DNA of 14,962 nucleotides from Candidatus Hydrogenedentota bacterium (GTDB lineage: Bacteria > Hydrogenedentota > Hydrogenedentia > Hydrogenedentales > GCA-2746185), in the NCBI GenBank assembly GCA_046583315.1, contig JAYGCN010000320.1, forward strand, positions 1 to 14,962, read 5' to 3'. The notes beneath the pieces were generated by a model that saw only the letters and a program-made list of their open reading frames with translations, made no database searches and was not told the DNA's origin. Below are positions 1 through 7,237 of this stretch, piece after piece (position 1 is the stretch's first letter; each line of letters starts with the position of its first letter). Both the position numbers and the translations under genes were made by a program.

Positions 1-9
1 CTACCGCTC

Positions 10-1956
10 ATGAACAGCATCGCTTCTATGTTAGTGATCGGATGCGTTGCGCTCACATCTTCGGCATTTGCCGCAGAAGGCGACTGGGCTCACTACGCTG
101 CCGATGGCGCGAGCTCTAAGTACAGTCCTCTGGATCAGATCAACGCGGACAATGTCAATGATCTCGTCGAAGTGTGGCGCTGGAATGCCAAGGATCTTCA
201 CGCGCAAACCGGCGCACGTGGCGCAGGTACGTTTAAGACGACTCCCATTGTCGTCGATGGCGTAATGTACTTCAGTACGTCGTACTCGCAAGTGGTCGCG
301 ATGAATCCCGGTACCGGAGAAGTCATTTGGGTTCTCGACCCCGAGAGTTACAAGAATGGTCGACCAGCGAACTCTGGATTCCAGCATCGTGGTGTTGAAT
401 ATTGGACCGACGGTGAAATCGAACGGATACTCATTGCTACCGGTGGGCGTCAACTGGTATCTGTCGATGCGAAAACAGGTAAACTCGATCCGAAGTTCGG
501 TGTCGGCGGTATCACGGACTTGAGCGAGGGCCTCGGCAAGGAATTCGCGAAACGCAGCCTCGGCTTCAACGCGCCACCGGTCGTCTGTCGGGACACGATC
601 ATTCTCGGCTCCATCGTCTCAGACAGTCCCAGCGGTAAAGCCATGCCTCCGGGAAGCATTCGCGGATTCGATGTGCGCACAGGCAAGCAAAAGTGGATCT
701 TCCACACGATTCCGCAGCAAGACGAATTCGGAAACGAGACCTGGGAGAAAGACTCATGGAAATACTCCGGCAACACGAACGCCTGGTCCATGCTCAGCGT
801 CGATGAAGAACTCGGTTATGTTTATCTTCCTGTCGGCACGCCGACATCCGACTGGTACGGCGAATTTCGTCATGGTGATAACCTCTTCGGTGAAAGTCTG
901 CTTTGCTTAAACGCCGAAACCGGTGAGCGCGTGTGGCATTTCCAGTTGGTCCATCACGGTCTCTGGGATTACGATCCGCCCGCCGCACCCAATCTGGTCG
1001 ATATTGTTGTCGATGGCAAAAAAATCAAAGCCGTTGCACAAGTCAGCAAACAAGGCTTCACCTACGTATTCGATCGCGTAACCGGAAAACCCGTCTGGCC
1101 CATCGAAGAACGCGCCGTTCCGCAATCCACCGTGCCGGGCGAAAAGACCGCCGCAACCCAACCCTTCCCGACCAAGCCGCCAGCCTTTGAACGTCAGGGG
1201 GTCACCGAAGATGACCTCATCGACTTTACACCGGAATTGCGCGCCAAAGCGTTGGAGATTGTGAAAAATTATCAGATGGGTCCCTTGTACACGCCGCCCT
1301 CTGTCGTTTCCGATACCAATAAAGGCACACTCATGTTGCCCAGTCCCGCTGGCGGTGCCAACTGGATGGGCGCATGCGTCGATCCCGAAACGGGAATCAT
1401 GTACGTTCCCTCCATGACCTGGATTGTGGCGTTGGCACTGCGTGAACAGACTGAAGGACGATCCGAGTTCAGTTACAACCTGGGTTTCGGCGACTTCATG
1501 GTTCCGGGCGTCGAGGGATTGCCACTCATGAAACCACCCTACGGTCGCATCACCGCCATCGACCTCAACAAGGGCGAGTTTGTCTGGCAGGTGCCTCACG
1601 GACAAGGACCGACCGACAACCCAGCCATCAAACACCTGAATCTCGGGCCGCTCGGTGCCGCGACCAACGGTGGACTCTCGAACGGGGGAGGCTTCGTCAC
1701 GAAAACGCTACTCTTCATGAATCAGCCCGACCCGGATTCGAGTAACATGCTCAATACCGGACTCGACGGCGTCATCCGTGCCTTTAGTAAGGAAGACGGC
1801 AGCCAACTCTGGGAACACCGCCTCGGCAAAACTCCGCGCGGCACCCCCATGACCTACATGTACCAAGGCGATCAATACGTCGTCGTCGCCGTCGGCGGAC
1901 AATTCCACGAATCCGAACTCGTGGCCCTCAAACTAAAACAACGAATTGCGAGGTAG
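10..1956 (+). CDS. Secreted PQQ-dependent dehydrogenase (glucose/quinate/shikimate-dehydrogenase-like beta-propeller, no N-terminal membrane anchor)
   Basis: 648 aa; signal peptide ending ..SSAFA|A; family motifs W..Y..D..SSKYSPLDQI..NV..L..W, TPIVVDGVMY, RGVEYW, PGSIRGFDVRTGKQKWIF, NAWSMLSVDEELG.VYLP, WHFQLVHHGLWDYD, PTKPPAF, GGANW, KPPYG.ITAIDL..GE..WQ, TPMTY...GDQYVVVA; repeated Trp-docking motifs. Confidence 0.92.
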   Translation: MNSIASMLVIGCVALTSSAFAAEGDWAHYAADGASSKYSPLDQINADNVNDLVEVWRWNAKDLHAQTGARGAGTFKTTPIVVDGVMYFSTSYSQVVAMNPGTGEVIWVLDPESYKNGRPANSGFQHRGVEYWTDGEIERILIATGGRQLVSVDAKTGKLDPKFGVGGITDLSEGLGKEFAKRSLGFNAPPVVCRDTIILGSIVSDSPSGKAMPPGSIRGFDVRTGKQKWIFHTIPQQDEFGNETWEKDSWKYSGNTNAWSMLSVDEELGYVYLPVGTPTSDWYGEFRHGDNLFGESLLCLNAETGERVWHFQLVHHGLWDYDPPAAPNLVDIVVDGKKIKAVAQVSKQGFTYVFDRVTGKPVWPIEERAVPQSTVPGEKTAATQPFPTKPPAFERQGVTEDDLIDFTPELRAKALEIVKNYQMGPLYTPPSVVSDTNKGTLMLPSPAGGANWMGACVDPETGIMYVPSMTWIVALALREQTEGRSEFSYNLGFGDFMVPGVEGLPLMKPPYGRITAIDLNKGEFVWQVPHGQGPTDNPAIKHLNLGPLGAATNGGLSNGGGFVTKTLLFMNQPDPDSSNMLNTGLDGVIRAFSKEDGSQLWEHRLGKTPRGTPMTYMYQGDQYVVVAVGGQFHESELVALKLKQRIAR

Positions 1957-1993
1957 CGCTAGGCACCGTCAATTAACTATAGTAGGTTGTCAT

Positions 1994-3574
1994 TTATTGC
2001 GTTCTGAACCGGGATTGATGTCCCCAGAGGTCGTCCAGAGTCGGGTCGTTTCCTGTTGCTGATTCCGTTATCTCGATTTCCGCATTTTCCGTCGTATTGG
2101 CATATATCAGATAGCGTTCATCGCGGTATATCTTGGCCCATAGTGGATTGGCATCCAGTTGCTCTTGCATTTTAAGAGAGAAATTCCGGTAGGCAAGGAC
2201 GTGGGTTGTCGAGAAGTCCAAAATGGTGTCTCCGCTGAGTTCACCCTTATATACGTCAATGCTGTTGTTGACCACATCGAGTGGATATACCGCTTCGTAG
2301 CGTCCATCGACGGAGATTTTCATGTCGGGGTACAGGTTCCAGAATAGAAATTGTCCATGGTTGAAATTGCACCATAGATTTCCCTGTATGCCGTTATCGC
2401 GCAGGTATTTCATGGCAGCAACCGGATAGTGTATTGAGTCTCTGTTTTGAAGGATCCGTACCCGCGTCCCATATCCCGATGTCGCGACAGAGAAAATTGT
2501 CCCGACTACCCCCCCGATTATCAGGATTGTTGGAAGCCACAGGCACAGGGCATTCTGTGATGCCCTGGCAAAGGTGCTTTCAGGGGCGCCCGGTGCGGGC
2601 ACCGAATCGTTCCGGGCGAAGGAGATACGTAATCCGACGATCAAAATGGTGATAAGCGCCAGCGGAAGTAACTTGATGTGCAAGATGCCTTCCAATCCCG
2701 TGGCGGTGATGAGTAAGAAATGCCCTGGGAAGCCTTTGCGCGTTAACATCCAAATTCTTCCCGACACGGCTATCCAGGCGACGATGAGCAGACCGTTCAA
2801 GATGATGGAGAAATCGTCCACGCCCATATCGACCACGCTTTTCCATTCCATGATGTCCGGACGCGAAAGTAGCCAGCCTGCAACCATCTGCTCGTGAAAG
2901 ATAAGGCCATAGGGATTCACAAAGGTTAGGGCACTGCATAGGCCCAGGGTAATAAGCAGGGCACGGGCATGGTTCCAGCGTTTTTCGAAGATCGCCCAGA
3001 CGGTGTAGAGGCCGATGGCCGCAAAGCCATACAGAAATCCACCGTGCAGATTCACCCAGATGAGCATCAGCGGCGGAAAAATGAACATGATTCTGGAGCG
3101 ATCAAGCATGCGGGCATCGTCCAACAGGCAAAGGAAAAGCGCATAGAACACGCAGGTGAATTGTTGGCTTCGCAGGGTATTGTTAAATGCGATAGTTACG
3201 AAGATGTCAAAACTCAGGATGCCGGTGAGCAAAAAATAGAATTGACACCGTGTACTGAACTCTTCGCCACGATGGCTCACGAATCTGCGGTATGCGGCGA
3301 CCATACAAGAAAATGTGAGTAGATACAAAAGTACACGTAGTGCGAACAAGCCTGTGCTGCCCACAGTTAACATAATCCAATAAAACATAACGCCCGAGCC
3401 CCATTCATGATCAACCCAATGCGCGTTCGTGACGGTATAGGCAAAAACGTCGTAATAGGGAAAGCTTCCGTTTTGATGCCACAACGCACCGATGGCCATT
3501 TTGCCCCAGAGATCGAAGTCGGCGAAATTGAGTCTCAGCATCGCGAAACAACCAACGCTCATCAGTGCTGTCAC
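1994..3574 (-). CDS. Polytopic integral membrane protein, putative GT-C-fold glycosyltransferase-like; start codon uncertain
   Basis: 526 aa with roughly 10-12 hydrophobic segments; acidic DFDLW motif after the first helix, then P..D.F.YT....W..HEW, W.NLHGGF, NPYG, EW and a soluble C-terminal domain (YP..A..YL, DGRYE). The function is inferred from topology. Confidence 0.7.
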   Translation of the reverse strand: MTALMSVGCFAMLRLNFADFDLWGKMAIGALWHQNGSFPYYDVFAYTVTNAHWVDHEWGSGVMFYWIMLTVGSTGLFALRVLLYLLTFSCMVAAYRRFVSHRGEEFSTRCQFYFLLTGILSFDIFVTIAFNNTLRSQQFTCVFYALFLCLLDDARMLDRSRIMFIFPPLMLIWVNLHGGFLYGFAAIGLYTVWAIFEKRWNHARALLITLGLCSALTFVNPYGLIFHEQMVAGWLLSRPDIMEWKSVVDMGVDDFSIILNGLLIVAWIAVSGRIWMLTRKGFPGHFLLITATGLEGILHIKLLPLALITILIVGLRISFARNDSVPAPGAPESTFARASQNALCLWLPTILIIGGVVGTIFSVATSGYGTRVRILQNRDSIHYPVAAMKYLRDNGIQGNLWCNFNHGQFLFWNLYPDMKISVDGRYEAVYPLDVVNNSIDVYKGELSGDTILDFSTTHVLAYRNFSLKMQEQLDANPLWAKIYRDERYLIYANTTENAEIEITESATGNDPTLDDLWGHQSRFRTQ

Positions 3575-3677
3575 GTATAGCCAAAATCCAACTTGGCGAA
3601 TTCGAAGGTCGTTATTTATCGCGTTTAGCCCCGGCCGTTTCCCCTATCGCAAGCTCTGTAGAACCTCCATTGGGACG

Positions 3678-3715
3678 TGGCATAATTGAAATCATTTCAT
3701 TGCTTGATTATGCCA
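3678..3715. promoter_or_regulatory. Nested inverted repeats (possible operator or hairpin) upstream of the membrane protein gene
   Basis: TGGCATAAT (3678-3686) / ATTATGCCA (3707-3715) perfect 9-bp arms enclosing TGAAAT-C-ATTTCA (3687-3699) in an AT-rich intergenic region. Confidence 0.35.
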
Positions 3716-3761
3716 ATGATGTATGGCACTACGAGAAATTACCGAAGTAGTAGAGATAATG

Positions 3762-4218
3762 TCAAACTTTCTGCAGCCATGCCTGTACACGCGCTATCCC
3801 GACGATATTGATGACGAATGAAAGAAACACAACCCGGACATCAAGCATGAAGGTGTATCTGCGTAAATTTTGCCTAATCCATTGGCATGATTTTTCGGCA
3901 CCGTGGCCTCCATAAAGTTGCGCGAGACCCGTAATGCCGGGCAGAACATCCCAGCGTCGGGAATATCGGGGTTGGTCCCAATCAAGATGATTGATGTCGT
4001 TCTCGGTCAATGGTCTGGGGTCGACGACACCCATGGTGCCGAACAGGACGTTCAGGAATTTCGTCAATGCCCGTGGCGCGCAACCAGCGGCCTCCGCGTG
4101 TAACATGGTCGTCGCGCATCGTGCGAAACTTGTATACGCGGTTTCTCTTATGATGTTGGCCCACGCGTTCCTGAAGGAAGAATATGGAGTCCCGATCGTC
4201 GACGTAGATCAGTATCGC
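3762..4218 (-). pseudogene. Bacterial sugar transferase (phosphoglycosyl transferase, Bac_transf / PglC-WcaJ catalytic domain), frameshifted and 5'-truncated
   Basis: Frame A (4218 to ~4055): AILIYVDDRDSIFFLQERVGQHHKRNRVYKFRTMRDDHVTRGGRWLRATGIDEIP; frame B (~4059 to 3762): FLNVLFGTMGVVDPRP...RWDVLPGITGLAQLYG...Y...LD..V. These match family motifs F.Q.RVG, YKFRTM, LDELPQ..NVL.G.MS.VGPRP, PGITGLAQ. The N-terminal KR..D membrane segment and start codon are absent. Confidence 0.9.
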
Positions 4219-4222
4219 CGGA

Positions 4223-4459
4223 TTGGTAGGTGCCTCCTGTGGTCCGAGTTACGAGCAGTTAATCGATACTGGTTTTACGCCCGTGATTGGTGATCGTGAT
4301 GAAGATGGAGTACCTGTTTTAACCGTGAAATTTGATCATCAACTTCTCATTCAGAATCTGTGCCCGGATGATGTCGGGATCACAATCGAAGGGGATCTAT
4401 TCAATGGAGATCATTTTGTTGGAATGGACACGATTCGAGTAATAAACCGAGGAAAATGA
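4223..4459 (+). pseudogene. 3' remnant of a larger (probably secreted) protein: C-terminal beta-sandwich-like domain with a D.D.DG..L.VKF motif
   Basis: IGDRDEDGVPVLTVKFDHQLLIQNL...VGITIEGDLFNGDHFVGMDTIRVI resembles a C-terminal module I recognise from secreted proteins (GD.D.DG..DL.VKF.....I.G.L..G..F.G.DTIRV); only a TTG start with no clear RBS, and it begins exactly where the sugar transferase remnant ends. Confidence 0.55.
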
Positions 4460-4467
4460 TATTTCCT

Positions 4468-5376
4468 TCAAAGACTGACACCCTGCAAGAACGCGACGAG
4501 TTCGTGGATGAAGTAGGCGCGGGGTGTTTCGAGGAACGCGGCGTGATCGCCACCGGGTACGGAGACGTATTGCTTGTGTCCCGTGCCGAGGGCGTTGAGG
4601 AGTTTCGTCTGGTATTTTGCAGGCGCGATCGGATCGAATTCGCCCGCGATGACAAGCGTGGGAATGGTAATTTTCGATTCGTCGAGCGCGTTGTAGTGAC
4701 CCCTCGATTTGACGTCGGCCCGGACAGGGTCAGCGTTGAGCGCGGCGGTGACATAGGCATCAATGGCCTTCAAACTGATCGAACCCGGTGTGATGAAATC
4801 GCTCGCAGCGGCTTCTGCGGTATTGGGTTTGTGCTGCGGCACGAGGTCGGGTTTGTCGGCAGGTAATTCTACATCCACATCGCGCCAGTAGCCGAAGAGC
4901 GTCAGGGAAGCATAGTGTTCCGGGTGACGCTGCACGGACAATTGCGAGATTCCTGAGCCCATTGACCATCCGAAGAGGTGCGGCTTGATGCGCCACTTCC
5001 GACGATCGGCTATCCATGCCGCCGTGATCGCCACGTCGTCCGCAGCCCGATTCGGTGTGAGCCAATCCGTCGCATCTCGAGGGGTCTCGCCGTACCCGCG
5101 CATGTCGAGCGCAAAGACCGCGTATCCCTTCTGAACCAGGCCATCCATCAGCGACAAATCCTCACCTTCAACCTGTAAATCGTAGTCCGGCAACGCGCTC
5201 CAGGTCCGCCCATGGATGAGCAGGATTGCTTCGGTTGCACCGTCCGCACTCTTCTCCCACAACGCGAGAGGGTGGCTATCGGCCAAAACCGTATGCCGAA
5301 TAAGCTCGACCTTTTGCGCCGATGCGGTGATTGGAAGCGTGAAAATGAGCAGGATTAGTGAGTAACGGTTGAGCAT
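4468..5376 (-). CDS. Secreted alpha/beta-fold hydrolase (302 aa)
   Basis: Start re-assigned to ATG 5376 (AGAAAGGT SD upstream; signal peptide MLNRYSLILLIFTLPITASA|Q). Motifs LIHG, ALDMRGYGET, nucleophile elbow GWSMG, acid GEFDPI, His GGDHAAFLE. Confidence 0.9.
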   Translation of the reverse strand: MLNRYSLILLIFTLPITASAQKVELIRHTVLADSHPLALWEKSADGATEAILLIHGRTWSALPDYDLQVEGEDLSLMDGLVQKGYAVFALDMRGYGETPRDATDWLTPNRAADDVAITAAWIADRRKWRIKPHLFGWSMGSGISQLSVQRHPEHYASLTLFGYWRDVDVELPADKPDLVPQHKPNTAEAAASDFITPGSISLKAIDAYVTAALNADPVRADVKSRGHYNALDESKITIPTLVIAGEFDPIAPAKYQTKLLNALGTGHKQYVSVPGGDHAAFLETPRAYFIHELVAFLQGVSL

Positions 5377-5424
5377 TTGTACCTTTCTAAGCCCGACCGG
5401 GCCGTCACGGGAAGAGTTTACAAC

Positions 5425-5453
5425 ATTGTATGGAGACGCATTGACGAGTTCAA
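5425..5453 (-). promoter_or_regulatory. Putative sigma70 promoter of the hydrolase gene
   Basis: Minus strand TTGAAC (5453-5448), 17-nt spacer, TACAAT (5430-5425), about 50 nt upstream of ATG 5376. Confidence 0.55.
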
Positions 5454-5461
5454 GGCGCGTA

Positions 5462-6493
5462 TCACTCGGGCAGGTTGATGACAACCATGCGCTGGGGTTT
5501 GTCGCCCAGGGGGATGCGTTTAATCTCTTGATAGGTCGTTGTATCAATGACGGAAAGGTCGTTGCCTTTGCGATTGGAGACGTATGCGAATCGGCCGGAT
5601 CCGTTGAAAGTAATCGAGTCTCCGTCGTCGCTTATCGGAATATTCTTTAGATGCTTCAATTCTGGATGCGAATAAACGGCGACGAATCCGAGTGCGCTGC
5701 CGACCGCCCATAGTTCAGTTTCCGAAGGATTCAGCGCGATACCATGGTTCACGTTGTGTGGGTAGGAGGTCGGCACGGGAACTTCCTTGCCGAGATCGGG
5801 AAGATGCACCGTGCGCTGTTTTTTCGTTTTGGGATCAACCACGATGAAACCGTGGAGTCAGGATTGCTGAACATAAATGCCGGATTCGTCTTTCGGAAAC
5901 GCGAAGGGTCGAACGCCGTCGCGGAAATTGAACGCATTGACGACTTTGAGTGATCGCGTATCGATTACGGAAAACAAATCGTTCATCATGGACCCGACAT
6001 AGAGACGCTCGCCGTCGGCCGATAGTTTGGTTCCGTGCCCACCGTGACCAATAAAAATCTTTTTGACTATCTGGCGCTTCTCCACGTCCACGACCCCGAG
6101 CCACCGGGTATCGTAATAGGGCACGTAGATGAATTTGCCGTCGTTTGATACGGACATGTGGTGGGGCATACCATCCAGATCGAGGCGCCATTTAATCTCG
6201 TCCGTCGCCGTGTCGATCACGATGAGTTCGCCATCCACGCCGATGCTGCCGACCCGCGCACCGGGTAAGTCGCCATTTATACGATTCACGTACAGAGTTC
6301 TGTTGTCCGGCGATTTCGTGATGAAATCCATATAGAGGCCGATGTCGATGGTACCAACCACTTCATGTTCGGGAATGGAAATCTTCGAAATCTCACCGCT
6401 GTTGGTGTTGTGAATATAGAGATATTCCTTTGCCATTGCAGAACAGGGCATGCCCAGCGCCGCCGCCAATAGTATCGGGAAGAACTTTTGCAT
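5462..6493 (-). pseudogene. Secreted YVTN/YncE-family beta-propeller (343 codons) interrupted by a single in-frame TGA at 5860-5858 (nonsense allele, sequence error or recoding)
   Basis: ATG 6493 with AAAAGGA SD and signal peptide MQKFF..CSAMA|K; repeats SPDNRTLYV, SNDGKFIYV, SADGERLYV, PKDESGIYV, NPSETELWA, NGSGRFAYVSN..NDLSVIDT...I.LGDKP. ORFs 5858..6526 and 5462..5842 share a frame: ..YVQQS*LHGFIVVDPK.. Confidence 0.85.
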
Positions 6494-6671
6494 GGATTGA
6501 TTCCTTTTAATTTGCGAACGGATCAAGACCGACTGCGCACAGGATACGAAAACCTGAATCTAATCGATTTTTCTGTGGGTTTCAAGTATTTCAGGTTATT
6601 TTCGCACTACGCCATTGTATTTCGGGCCGAATCGGATTGTTCTAGTCAATGAAATAAACAGAAATGAGCTA

Positions 6672-6700
6672 TTGCTAACGGTAATCGTTACTGTTACAAT
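6672..6700 (+). promoter_or_regulatory. sigma70 promoter of the Rrf2 operon (extended -10), probably leaderless
   Basis: TTGCTA (6672-6677), 17-nt spacer, TG at 6692-6693, TACAAT (6695-6700); ATG at 6707 lies at the expected +1 and has no SD upstream. Confidence 0.7.
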
Positions 6701-6702
6701 TA
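6676..6702. promoter_or_regulatory. Putative Rrf2 operator, 12-3-12 imperfect inverted repeat
   Basis: TAACGGTAATCG-TTA-CTGTTACAATTA; arms match at 8/12; GTAA-N9-TTAC core overlapping the spacer and -10 element directly before the Rrf2 gene. Confidence 0.7.
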
Positions 6703-6706
6703 CATT

Positions 6707-7237
6707 ATGATTCAATCAAAACGCAGTGCCCGCAGCACACGATTCCCCGTTGCCATGCACCTCATGACCATGCTCGCTATGGTGGAACTGCGTGAGGGGC
6801 CGATATTCTTGAGTTCGGCCTGGATGGCGCACCGTGCCGACAAGAATCAGGCCGCGCTTCGACTGCTCCTTGGCAAATTGTCCAAAGCTGGACTCATCGA
6901 GACTGCGGCGGGAAGTCGAGGGGGGGCACGTGTGGCCAAAGGCGCGCGCGAAATTACCTGCCTCGAGATCTACAAGGCGGTGGAACATGATTCGCTGTTC
7001 GGGGTCCATGAAGGCAATCCGGAATGTCTTATCTCGACCTACGTGGGAGGATTTATGGAATCGTTTTTTGATGAAGCCGAGCATCGTTTTGAGCGTGAAC
7101 TCAAAGGTGTATGCCTCGCTGATGTCGCCGACAATCTGAACGCGACCGCAATTGCGGAGGGTTTCGAGCCGCCTCCGTTTCATGAACCCGCGCCATCGCG
7201 TGCAAAAGGAAAAGGCGTGCAGAAGGATAAGATATGA
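6707..7237 (+). CDS. Rrf2-family transcriptional regulator (YwnA/HypR/SifR-like, non-Fe-S type)
   Basis: STRFPVAMH.., L.KAGLIE...G..GG..., EIT.LEIYKAVE...LF..H..NPEC; Cys at 85, 107 and 136, lacking the clustered three-Cys motif of IscR/NsrR; stop overlaps next start (ATGA). Confidence 0.92.
   Translation: MIQSKRSARSTRFPVAMHLMTMLAMVELREGPIFLSSAWMAHRADKNQAALRLLLGKLSKAGLIETAAGSRGGARVAKGAREITCLEIYKAVEHDSLFGVHEGNPECLISTYVGGFMESFFDEAEHRFERELKGVCLADVADNLNATAIAEGFEPPPFHEPAPSRAKGKGVQKDKI

Noticed and set aside
907..1635. Long antisense or alternate-frame ORFs (e.g. 907..1635, 6716..7240, 7975..8445, 13234..13710)
   Set aside because: Shadows of well-supported genes, with no recognisable motifs.
1954..1993. 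Short palindromes TAGCGCTA and ACTATAGT between convergent genes
   Set aside because: No stable GC stem or U-tract; 8-bp palindromes are expected by chance.
5404..5430. TTACAA / TACAACATTGTA as a second Rrf2 operator
   Set aside because: No GTAA half-site at the 9-nt spacing; better explained as the -10 element of the hydrolase promoter.
5377..5547. N-terminal extension of the hydrolase ORF to 5547
   Set aside because: Overlaps the propeller gene and the intergenic promoter; ATG 5376 has an SD and yields a signal peptide.
5858..5860. Alternative genetic code (TGA = Trp or Gly)
   Set aside because: Several intact genes end in TGA at family-appropriate positions, two in ATGA overlaps.
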